Positions 12,313-23,221 of a DNA stretch of 46,323 nucleotides are shown piece after piece. The notes under the pieces were generated by a model, which saw only the letters and a list, made by a program, of their open reading frames with translations, did not search any database and was not told where the DNA came from. The stretch is from NCBI GenBank assembly GCA_002104905.1, contig MCFE01000682.1:1-46323 (forward strand), written 5' to 3'. The stretch is from Basidiobolus meristosporus CBS 931.73. Lineage: Eukaryota; Fungi; Basidiobolomycota. The stretch's first letter is position 1, and each line of letters begins with the position of its first letter. Made by a program: the position numbers and the translations under genes.

Positions 12313-14656
12313 ATGGGTGCTTGCTCGAGTTGCTGTATTGGTAGTACGTGGCGATTCCCATCCACCCAACCATTTCATCTGATTCACTCTTTCCCCCATT
12401 CCCACTCCTAGGCAAACAAAGAACCGGTCTCTACGAACCCTTGCTACAGGAAAATGAACGCGAAGCCGTCGCCGATTTGCTCCAGTACTTAGACAGTATG
12501 TGACCACCACCCCTTAGTAAAGTTTCCCCTACCTACACTTACTCAACCGCTTCGTATTCTGCAAGGTCGGACCAGAGCGGACACCAACTTCTTCGAAGGG
12601 GATCCTTTGAGGGCGCTGTCCACCCTGGCCTTCTCGGACAACCTGGATCTGCAACGTTCCGCCGCTCTCGCCTTTGCCGAAATCACGGAAAAAGGTATGT
12701 GCTCTGGTTTCGCTTGTAGTTCCGCCGGATGGTTCGATTCTAATTCTCTTCGGAAGACTCGAGAGAGGTTTCTAGAGAAGCCTTGGAGCCCATCATGTTT
12801 CTTCTTCAATCTCCTGATGTTGAAGTTCAACGTGCGGCTTCCGCCTCCTTGGGCAATCTGGCCGTCAACAGTAAGATATTGTTGCTGGATTCCGCTTGTT
12901 ATACGCCGATTCTAATCGTGGGCCTTGTGGTATCTTTCTTCAGCGGAGAACAAGCTCTTAATTGTTAGAATGGGTGGTCTAGAGCCGCTTATCCGTCAAA
13001 TGCTATCACCCAATGTAGAGGTTCAATGTAACGCCGTAGGTTGCATTACAAATCTCGCAACTCATGGTAGGTCTCTTTGTCCAAGCACCACACCATCGGA
13101 CACCCAGCAGTTAACCATGACCAACTCCTCGGGTAGATGAGAATAAGGCAAAGATCGCCCGAAGCGGGGCACTTATCCCATTGACCAAGCTTGCACGCTC
13201 GAAGGATATGCGTGTCCAGAGAAATGCTACCGGCGCATTGCTGAACATGACCCACTCCAGTATGTATTTGTTGGCGGATCCTACGCAGTACGGATGATGT
13301 AACCTAGTCATGTTTGCAGTCGAGAATCGCCAACAGCTTGTCAACGCCGGAGCAATCCCAGTTCTTGTCAGTCTGCTAAATTCCCCAGACACCGACGTCC
13401 AATACTACTGCACGACCGCGTTGAGTAACATCGCAGTGGATGGTACCTCAGTATATGCGCACTTATTCTTGCGTTCACCTCGACCTAATCGTAATTTCTG
13501 TCACCAGTTGAGAACAGAAGGAAGCTCACCCAATCGGAAACCCGCCTCGTCAACTCGCTTATCGCCCTGATGGAATCCACCTCACTCAAGGTCCAATGCC
13601 AAGCCGCTTTGGCACTCCGAAACCTGGCCTCTGATGGTTAGCCCATTCCCATGCTCTCCACAGCGTGACCACCCCTAACGTTCATTCCTCCACTCGCAGA
13701 AAAGTACCAGCTCGACATTGTGCGCTCAGGCGGTCTGCCACCATTACTGCGCCTACTTCAGTCCTCGTTCCTCCCATTGATTCTCTCCTCTGTCGCCTGC
13801 ATTCGAAACCTTTCCATTCACCCGCAGAACGAGGCGCCGATCATAAACGCTGGTTTTGTTGGCCCTCTGGTAGAGTTACTGGGCTACGACGAAAACGAGG
13901 AAGTGCAGATCCATGCCACCAGCACCCTGCGTAACTTGGCTGCCAGCTCCGAAAAGAACAAAAAGGTCATCGTGGATGCCGGGGCGGTCGAGAAGATCAA
14001 GGATCTGGTGCTGGAGTTGCCGGTTGCAGTTCAAAGCGAAATGACTGCTGCCATTGCAGTGCTGGCTTTAAGTGGTAGGTGTCGTCAGCACCAGTGGTGG
14101 ACACTTGGCCGAGACTAACCGGGGATTTTTCTAGACGAGCTGAAAAGTGTCATGCTGAACAAGAACATCTTCAGCGCACTGATCCCTCTCACGCAGTCGG
14201 AGAATCCGGAGGTGAAGGGCAACACTGCAGCGGCCATTGGAAACCTGTGCACCAAAGTGGACGACATCACACCTTTCTTGAATGCTTGGGATGAGCCATC
14301 CGGTGGCCTTCACCAGTATCTTACACAATTCCTGAAAAGCAAGGATACCACCTTCCAGCACATAGCAGTCTGGACAATCGTTCAATTTTTGGACATGAAA
14401 GGTACGAGCATGTCCGCTTGCGATACCACACTCTTGGCCTTACTGACCGATCGCGAATCTAGATGAAAGCCTGACCCAGAAAATCGCCGAGTCCAAGACC
14501 CTTGCTTCGTTGGTCAAGAGCCTGGCATCACAAGTCCCAGAGGCGCCCAGCGCCGAAGTGACACCCAACAACGCGGAGGATGCTGGCGATGAAACAGAGA
14601 TCTCTGCCCTTGCCAGAAGAGTCCTGACCATCATTGAATCCAGTGCCACCCAGTAG
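12313..14656 (+). CDS. VAC8: Vacuolar armadillo-repeat protein Vac8 (multi-exon)
   Basis: N-terminal MGACSSCC myristoylation/palmitoylation motif, [46 protein letters not shown] and [13 protein letters not shown]. Confidence 0.96.
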
Positions 14657-15190
14657 CCTATTTCCTTTCTATACTGGCCAACCCATGTACCCAATCTTAT
14701 TAATGGTAAGCATCCACAAACCCATCCACTCCGCCCACCCCACCACTCACCGACCTCCCAGCAGGCTCGCTAGCGGAAATGAATTTGAAGTGATATAGTT
14801 CGGATGGTTCTTATGTATGTTTCTCCTGTACTTACCGCTCCTCCTCCCTTTGAATATTTCTCTTTTATATCACATCCGCCATCGCCACCATGCACCCTTC
14901 TCTCTTTAATGCTAATTTATCCAGGAGATCGTCGCATCCACCCTTTCTTGTATCTCGCTCTCTGCACCCACTGTTTTCCCACTGCTTTCCAAAACGGATC
15001 CCATTTGGGAATCAATAAACCGAGCCGTTCATTCTATTTGGTCTTATTAATCAGGAAAACGATACAGAAGTGTTCATTGGTGGGGGAGGGGATAGAATTA
15101 AAATCACAAGATTGAAGCTATGATAGTGATGAGGGTTAGATGAGAACGAAATGGAAATAACACTCGCTATCTATTTACATTCTATTACGA

Positions 15191-17159
15191 TTATTTGTTC
15201 TTGATCTTCCAGCTGCCGGGCTTGGAGAGCTTCTTGGCTAGCTTCTCCTTGTTCACTGGCTTGACCTTGTCGCGGTTCTTGTTCTTGACGTTGGCCTTCT
15301 CGTAATAGTGTTGACCGACCTTCTTTTTGTTGGTGGTCATGCGGGTCTTCTTGGACTTCTTGTCGTCCTCGCTCTCCTCGTCGTCGCTGATACGTTTCTT
15401 CTTCTGCTGGGCGGAGCTCTCGGCAACCTCCTCAGAATCGTCCTCGCTCATTTCCGCGGTTTCCTCCCCGACGACGCTTTCAAAGACCTCGTCCCAGTCG
15501 GGAACGTCCTCGGCATTCTCCGCCTCCTCGGTCTCTGCGGGGGCGTCCCCTTCAGACTTCTCCAGACTTTCTTGAGCTTGCTCTTCCTCTTGCATCTCCT
15601 CATCCTCCCTTCTCAAATCATCAGGCAAGAAATCGGCGACCACTTGGATCTTTCGGAAGATCTGCTCCACGCCGATCTTGCTCTTACCGTCCTCTTCCTT
15701 GACTGGCTTCTCGCCCTCAGGGGGTGCGGCGTAGAAAGGAATCTTACCGCGCAACCAGTCATTCAGCACCATCTTGGAGACGGCGGTCAGATCGGGCTCA
15801 CCACCCTTGAGCAACTTGCCGGTCTTGTGGGAGAGCTGGGTGAGGAAGTCGATGTGGTCCTCCCAGTCGTCCAGCTCGTAGGTTCGACTGATGTACTCCC
15901 GTCTAACGCGGGAGAGGATTTGTGGGATGTGGTCTTCGGGATTCTTGATATTCTCGATACGAACGACTCCCTTGAGCACGATGTCGGTCTCGGTATCTTC
16001 GGTGGAGGGATGCACCACACCTGGACAATCGATCAGGTAGATTCTCTTCATCAAGGTGATGTACTGCCAGACCTTGGTCTCACCAGGAATGGGAGCCACG
16101 TTACAGACCTTCTTCTTCTTGAGGGTGTTGATGATGGAACTCTTTCCGGTGTTTGGATACCCGATGAACCCAACACTGATCTGCTTCTTGTCAGCGTGCA
16201 GCTTGGCGAACTGGCGGAGCAGTTGGATCAACGAACCCTTACCGAAGGAGTTGTTCACACTGGCGTGGAAGGCGAGGGTGGGGTACTCTTGGGAAAGGTG
16301 CTTGACCCAGCGGGCAGTCACCCAGGTGGGAACCAAGTCACACTTGTTCAACACGAAGATCAAGTGCTTGTGTGGGGTCTCTTTCTTCATGTGGCTGATC
16401 ACGTTTTGGCAGCGGGTGCCAAGGGGATCTCTCGAATCCAACACATGGATGACCACATCCGAGGAATCAATCACCTTGTACAGCTCGTTCCAAATACGCT
16501 TCGACTGACCCTTCTGGAAGATCGCCTCACGTGCTTCGGTGATGTAGTCGGTGATCTCGTTAGCGACCAAGGAAACATCCTTCTTCTCGCTGTAGTTCTC
16601 AAGGGACTCTTCTACATTGGTGGCCAAATCCTCCAGACTGCTGATGTTCAGCTTGGGCTTCTTACGCTGAGCCTTAGGGCCGAAGGTATGGTCGAAGGTC
16701 TCAGTCTCCAACATGTGCATTCTAGAGGTTTTGGTTGGATCGGTCAACAAACTCATGGGGAGCTTGTTCTGACGAAGAAGAACCTGGTAGGGGTCATTAA
16801 GCTTGGACCCAAGCTTCTCACGGAAGTCCTCGAGCGCCTTTTGACCGATGACTCTGGTGTTTCCTGGATGAATGAGAACGGTTAATGAGGAGCCAGGAGG
16901 GCAACGTAACTTTAAGCGAAACCATACCGAACCACTTGCGGTTAGGCTCAACACGAGCAACAGGGGCCTCTTTGCTTTGGAAAGCGGCGGCCTTGATGAC
17001 ATTGCCGTCTCTGTCGTGAACAGCTCTGCCGGAATTCAACATGTTCACGAACTTGACCTTGTTTTTGTCACGATAAAAGTTCTCCCCCTTCAAGCGAGTC
17101 CCGTAGGGCTCCTTCTCGGAGCGGGCGACTCTGTTCTTTTCCTTCTTGAATTTTCCCAT
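15191..17159 (-). CDS. NOG2: Nucleolar GTPase Nog2 (1 intron)
   Basis: NGP1NT region ([36 protein letters not shown]) and circularly permuted GTPase motifs [12 protein letters not shown] and DCPG. Confidence 0.97.
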
Positions 17160-17581
17160 GTTTGGAAGACCGTTGACTGCGTTGGTGACAAAGCTAAAGG
17201 AAGGGAAGAATTGCTATCGAAAAAAATTGACCAGCAATAAGAGATGGGGAAAAAAAAGGAGGTCCGCTTTGAATTTGCGAATGAATCTGCCACTGGAAAT
17301 CGAGCGCTTGATATCCTAGCATTCAAGCTTCATCGCTTTTTTTTCGGCCCAGTAATTTTTTTTTTCGAGTCGTGTGTGGTGTGGTGCGGTGCGGTGGATC
17401 GCCGGATTTGGTTATGGATTTCGTGAATTCCACGAAGCATTTGTCAGTAGGACTGCCTATGGTTGATATAGTCAAGTGAATTTTATTTGTTTATTACAGA
17501 AGAAATAAGCTGGAAGTTGAGTCAACTCGCATCTATGCATATATCGAGAGTGTAGCGGGCATTTACTACTGCTATGGCCCT

Positions 17582-18093
17582 CTACTTTCTCATCAAAAGG
17601 TAAATGTTCTCGGAGACGGAGATGTTTTGAAGATGTCTGAAATCTCCCTCCAAGGCCATCAACAAACCACCATATGAGGCGTAGACTGACACCTTGGAGC
17701 CTGAGCTCTCGTCGTACTTGTAGACCTTTCCGTACATGACATATTCATAGTCGTCGGCCAAGTTCTTCTCGGTACGTTCTCTCCAGGACTCCTTCTTTCC
17801 ACTGGCATCCAAATCACGAACACCATCCAACGAGAGCGATGAGGCCAAGACCAAAGAGAACTTGTCCCCAATCTCCAAGGGATACAACTCGTTGTTGAAA
17901 TCCAAAGTCAACTCCATGTCGTAGTTTTCAGAGCGAGCATTCAGGCGGGAAACTAAGGCAATAGAAGATTAGTCACCGAATGGGATGGACTTGAGCCTAG
18001 CACGAAAGTACCTCGGTCGAATTTCTTGCCATCCCGGTCCACATCTTTAATGTCGAAAATATCGGAAAAAAGGATGTTCTCTCTCTTGTCCAT
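17582..18093 (-). CDS. RPB8: RNA polymerase I/II/III shared subunit RPABC3 (1 intron)
   Basis: LFSDIFDIKDVD..KKFDR|VSRL, LADDYEYVMYGKVY and VYASYGGLLM. Confidence 0.96.
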
Positions 18094-18383
18094 GGTGCTC
18101 TAATAAATCACGTACAAAGAAACAAGCCTTCCTCTAAACCACTTTTGATGTAATAAGGATTTTTTTCTTTTTCTATCCTTGTTATTGATGAAAAAATCCA
18201 GCGATTTTTCTTCCAGGGATTCTGATTGGACGAGGGCTAAGGTGAGCTGCTTCACACTAAGGAGACCAAGCTAATGACTAATGGATACTGGCAATTGGAT
18301 ATTTGGAGTATAGACTTTTATTCTCTGAACATGGAGGTGTCCGAGTGGGATTGGCATAACAATTGGTATACAGAGTTTGCTGT

Positions 18384-18719
18384 TTAGGATTCCATCAATT
18401 CACGAAGACGACGGACGGTACTGCGAACAGTGGCAGCAGCAGTGGTAGAGACGGTCCAAGCACCACCAGCCATCACCTTACGGCAACCACGGCATTCCCA
18501 AATGCCAACGGATTGACGCTTGACGGCGTCCTTGCCACAGAAAGTACAGGTATACTTGGCGTGCTGAGTGATTTCCATCTTCTTCACTTGCTTACGAAGA
18601 GAAGCACCGTAACGGGTACCGTACTTACCGACAACTCCAACCTTTTTGGTGCGCTTGGCCTAGGGGGTGGGGTCAGTATTGGATGGATGGCTAGGATGGA
18701 TCATGAAAACACGTACCAT
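18384..18719 (-). CDS. RPL43: 60S ribosomal protein L43 (eL43/L37a); ATG-only first exon
   Basis: ATG|GTACGT...CCTAG|[23 protein letters not shown]; C4 zinc finger CTFC...CRGC. Confidence 0.96.
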
Positions 18720-18795
18720 TTTGAACAGGTGAGGTGGACAAAAAGAAGGAAGTATCAGCCATATGACTCCTACTTTTGATTCCTCTCGCATTCCA

Positions 18796-18867
18796 GGGTG
18801 CTCGGGTCTGGCATTTTCGGTGACCATGTATTCTGGGGTGCTCAGATCCGGGATTTTCGGTGACCAT
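18796..18867. repeat. 40-bp direct duplication upstream of RPL43
   Basis: gggtgctc...ttttcggtgaccat occurs twice (ttttcggtgacc at 18814 and 18854). Confidence 0.7.
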
Positions 18868-19026
18868 AATTCGCATCCGAGTCAGGGGGTTTGGTTTCAT
18901 CACTCGCCTCGTGGCACACGCAGCCACAAGGCAAGCCAATTCTGCGCCTGGCAGTCCATTGCCCCGCAATCAGTGGAGATGAGCTCATGGGATCCGTCGA
19001 TAGAAGCGCTAAATTTCGCCAGACAC

Positions 19027-19150
19027 CCACCTTGACGCCGTATTTCTTCCATCATTACCACCTTGACGTCGTATTCCTTCCATCATTGCCACCTTGACGT
19101 CGTGTCGCTATCATCAATCCCACCTTGACGTCGTATTGCTTCCATCATGA
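19027..19150 (+). repeat. 4 x 31-bp tandem array ending on the P2X start codon
   Basis: Units start at 19027, 19058, 19089 and 19120, each beginning CCACCTTGACGYCGT. The fourth unit contains the ATG at 19147. Confidence 0.9.
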
Positions 19151-20835
19151 TGTGTTTTCCAGAAATAGACTGGGACGAGATACTTGGGTATTTTCAACCC
19201 TAGATTGGTGGTCGATTTGCCATTTAACTGATTTCTACAAATAGCTACAATACTACTCGAATAGTGCAGATCAGAGACCGCAGGCTCGGTTTACTTTATC
19301 TCCTGCTGCGTCTGGCAATCGTCGCCTATATCATTTACGCGATCGTTGTGAACAGGTCCTATGAGACTTATCAACCGGTTGTCCCTGGTATGTCTTGTCT
19401 CGTGCTAGACTTCCTCCCATCTAAGGCTAATCGCGCGCTTTTAAGGCTCCACTCAGATAACCTTGATTGAGCCACCAGGGGGTCTCCAAGCCCAAGACTA
19501 TTGTCGTCGTCTCAACTGTCTTTTCTGGACCACAAGCCAGATCATGTAACGCATCCTCCAGTGCCTCCTTAGTCGCGGCAGAGTACTAAAACCATCACCT
19601 CGCATTGCCAGGGTGCGACAGGATCCAAGCTCAGTGTTTCTCACGACCAGTGTATCGATGAAGCGATACTTTCAGCCGCCAGGCTGCAACAATCTACTCC
19701 CGGGCACCCCCGGGTGTAAATTCGACCTTCAGATACCAACTGAAACCCAGCGGTATTTCATTGCGGACATTGAGAGGTACACAGTAAGTGGCATGTGTCA
19801 AGGCAACGGTTGACGTGATGTGGCACTGACGCTCCATCTAGCTATTGATTCGACATACCATGAAACGATCCCCGGAAGGCGCTCTGATCCAAAGCAACTC
19901 CCTACCAGGGTCGCTGATAGGTATCGATGGCAAGGTTTTCCCCGACGCTGATCGAGGCCACTTCGCGAACGAAACCAGGCTCGAGAGCTTCCCCGGGGAT
20001 CTGATGTCTTTGGGAACCTTGCTGGGCGCCGCCAACGTATACCTGGATGGTACGCAATGTCGGTCCGGATTCGAGCTAGCATCCACCTAACCCAACTTGC
20101 TGTAGATCTCTCACCCGCCCCGGACGCCAATCACAGACTGGGGGAAACTTTGAGAGCATCTGGAGTATCCATACCAGTCACCATCAAGTATCAAAACGAG
20201 CCCTTGAACCCAGGCGCCATCTCTTACAAGTATTTCCCTGATGCCTCCAATGCCGAGGTCTACGGCATCGAAGAGGCTCAGTACGATCCAGAAAACGGAA
20301 GCTATCTTGTTTATCAGAGACATGGGTAAGCGGAGCGTCGATGTCGAGTTAACCTGCGATCTAACCGTTCCCCCCTTTACTTGATAGCATCCAGTTGGTC
20401 TTCTCTCAGACTGGTAGGACATAGACATCATATAAGCCGCATTGTCATCTCTGACCCTCTGCTTTAGGGAACCTTGGGCGCTTCTCGCTGCTCCTGCTAT
20501 TAACCAGCTTGGTGGCTGCTTTTATTCTTTTAGAGGTGGCCAAGTGGCTGGTAAACCTACTCATGCTCCGTACGTTCAGAGAGCGTCGCATATACAAGAA
20601 GGCGAAATACTCCCGCACACAAACATTACGCACCATCCGCGAAAGACGCAGCATCCGTATTGCCAATCGGAACAGTGCCAGTCAGGCGAAGAATGAGGAG
20701 CTCCCGGTCGTCAACAAACCATTACCGGATCTACCGCCACCGACATTGGACGAGGAGGACGAGGACAGGATCATGGTTTTGGAACTCGGCAAGGACGAAT
20801 ACCAAGGGGAAACCTCACAGAGAAGCCTCGTCTAG
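19147..20835 (+). CDS. P2X receptor-like trimeric cation channel, Dictyostelium type (8 exons)
   Basis: Spliced N-terminus IDWDEILG|YNTTRIVQIRDRRLGLLY (YxTxR motif plus TM1), ectodomain VFLTTSV, YFIADIERYT|LLIRH and GDLMSLGTLL, pre-TM2 YQRHG|IQLVFSQTG|NLGRF, TM2, then a YKKAK (YxxxK) motif. All 7 introns are GT-AG and keep the frame. Confidence 0.88.
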
Positions 20836-22247
20836 ACAGGCGCACCCTACAAGATTTCGGCCAATCTTGACGAATACTTCGGCCTGGCCCATCCACGCCC
20901 TGGCTTTGGGTCAGCAATCATGTGGTCCACCATGTCCTTGAGATTGCACTGCAGTTTAGCCCCTCTGGCCTGCAACAAAAGTGGTTTATTTGTTGTACAA
21001 ACCATGTGCCCTACCAAACCGACCCCTCCCTATCCCCATTGCATTAGTTTTTCCTTGGCAACTATATAAATAATATCAATGAACATCTACATACTGGGCC
21101 AAGTGATGATGCAAGCGAGCAACAAGGCTGCGAACCACCCAATTCCCAACTGTCGTTACCATGGCAACATGGTGTTGCGTGATTGGAGGGTGGGATTCCC
21201 AAACCTCGTATCATTCGAAAGAAACACCAACACCCTTGATACAGACGTTACACAGTCTCTGCCAGCGTTTCGAGCCAAATGTCACACATGGTATTGGTCA
21301 GATAGGTGTCTCACTTAGTTTCCGCCGGGATGGTAGACACAAATGTTCCACCCATGGAGAGCGGCTGAAATAGGAAACAGAGGCAGAGTGCGAGACAACG
21401 ATCCCCGAAACCCGCCATCGCGAATCTCCACCTGGCTCCTAACAGTCATGGCCAGAACTCTATACGTAATGGTCGCTGGGTGATACGTCGGACATTTACT
21501 GAAATGGGAATCATTCAGTACACTATCCGCATTTGTAACGCGGGTTGTTACTGATTGGAAATCCGGATTGATTAACTGCACCAGCTTCCTTGGAGAAAGG
21601 TGTCTACCGCTGCTCCATATGGTCACGCTTTCCATAGCCGGCCGTCGTGTAAAGTCAACGACACACTCACCCCGCGTCTAGATGAGATGCACACATGGGG
21701 AATCATCGAATTCGAGGGGCTATCAAATAAGGCATCTTGTTCATGTAAATTCCGAAGCACCAGCTGAACAGTCCATAGGCCCATCTTAGTTGGCTCGGGT
21801 GTTACATCCACTCCACCAATCCAGTCTCGACTACAGCACTGGCTATATTGGCAGCGGTTGCTCAGAAAATTTCCATTTGGAAACAGATTAAGATAAATAA
21901 AGTTATCTGGCGAGTTCATCCGCTGATGTGCCTGATACTGCCCATCACAGCCATCACCATCATTGGCTGGGGTGGATTCCGATCTAGGGTTAATTTAGCC
22001 CGGGGATTGAATAAAATATACTGGCCAACCTTTTTTTCACTCCCGAGCCGAGCGATACACAATCAATGGGAAAGGGGGGCTGGAGATTCTTAAAATTCGG
22101 AGTCTCCTTTCGGCCGGTTCGCAAATCAACTTCACCAGCTTTGTCAACGTTTTACCGAGATTGGGGTTCGATTTCCGGACGTCTACGGGCCCATATAAAT
22201 TCCCCTCCCACCCGCACCATCCTCATTCCCCTCGTTCGCGCCCATTG

Positions 22248-23000
22248 ATGTATCCCGTAGGCACTTCCCAAAATCCCGTGATCCTTCCAACCAACTATGT
22301 GTCACCACATCAAAAAGATGTCCCAATTCCTCACACGCCCTTGATTTTTCGCCCACTGAACGAGGACCAATTGATGGCCATTCTGGCCACCCCTAGCCTG
22401 CCACCGGCCTTGCAGGTCTACGAGAACACCTGCCTCACCGACTTCGCCACCCAGATCGTGGGTCGGCTGTGGCATGGCGACACCCGACCCCAGTACTTTC
22501 CCCTTGCCGGCTTTCGCAAGCTCTGCTACATCCTCATCAAATCCGCCTCCATCACAGCCCACACCCTGGCGTTGATTTTGCGCTACGTCGCGCTGTTCAG
22601 ACAGTACGAGCCCTACGCCAACACCCAGCCCGGCTCCGAGTTTCGCGCGATCATCGTGGCCACCATCCTGGCCAACAAGTACCTCGAAGACAAGCCGGTG
22701 GCCCATCGGGCCTGGGCCGACATCACCAACGTTACCTGCCAGGAGTTGAGCCAGATGGAGATGGAGTTCTTGTGCCGGATCCACTTCCAGGCTCACGTCA
22801 CCTCGACGCAGATGGCCTCGTGGGTGGACGCCTTGAGGTACTACCAGGTCGAGTTCAGCGGGTTCAACACCAGGCTGAGCCTCGCGGTGAAGCCCGATCC
22901 CATCCCATCAACCCCCATCGTCAAACCAGTCACGTGGGAACAGGCAGCCACCAAAAAGCGCAAGTATGATGTTTCCAACGAATGTCTGTGTCTCTTGTAA
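22248..23000 (+). CDS. Pho85-type cyclin (Pcl/Clg1/Pho80-like cyclin box)
   Basis: TLALILRYV...GSEFRAIIVATILANKYLEDKPVAHRAWADIT...ELSQMEMEFL is the Pho85-cyclin box. Single exon; start assigned to the first ATG. Confidence 0.85.
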   Translation: MYPVGTSQNPVILPTNYVSPHQKDVPIPHTPLIFRPLNEDQLMAILATPSLPPALQVYENTCLTDFATQIVGRLWHGDTRPQYFPLAGFRKLCYILIKSASITAHTLALILRYVALFRQYEPYANTQPGSEFRAIIVATILANKYLEDKPVAHRAWADITNVTCQELSQMEMEFLCRIHFQAHVTSTQMASWVDALRYYQVEFSGFNTRLSLAVKPDPIPSTPIVKPVTWEQAATKKRKYDVSNECLCLL

Positions 23001-23221
23001 ATAGCTGCGTAATCGACCTAAGCTTATACATACCCAATGCCGTCATCCCTCCACCACCACTTCCAAACCTCTGTACCATTCCACACGTTAATTCTCCATC
23101 CCAGTCAATGCCCCCTGTACATACGCCCCCATCGAACCTAGACATTTAATAAACATATCAAAAAGGTTTTCTCAGCATCTATCAGCATTTATCGTTGTTT
23201 ATTGATGAGATCATGTGTGGA

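Noticed and set aside
12498-12575. Possible VAC8 frameshift or unusual AAG acceptor at intron 2
   Set aside because: The AAG acceptor at 12565 keeps the frame ([13 protein letters not shown]), so no lesion is needed. It cannot be resolved without RNA-seq.
15308-16885. 525-aa plus-strand ORF antisense to NOG2
   Set aside because: Codon-register shadow of a GC3-rich gene; L/V/G-rich with no domain. The same applies to antisense ORFs over RPS5, the cyclin, EDE1 and NOP15.
19027-19150. CRISPR-like appearance of the 31-bp array
   Set aside because: The 'spacers' are themselves homologous, there are no cas genes, and the context is eukaryotic; it is a minisatellite.
21079-22093. Short ORFs and a GTGAGT donor between the P2X and cyclin genes
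   Set aside because: I could not assemble a stop-free spliced model or recognise a domain.
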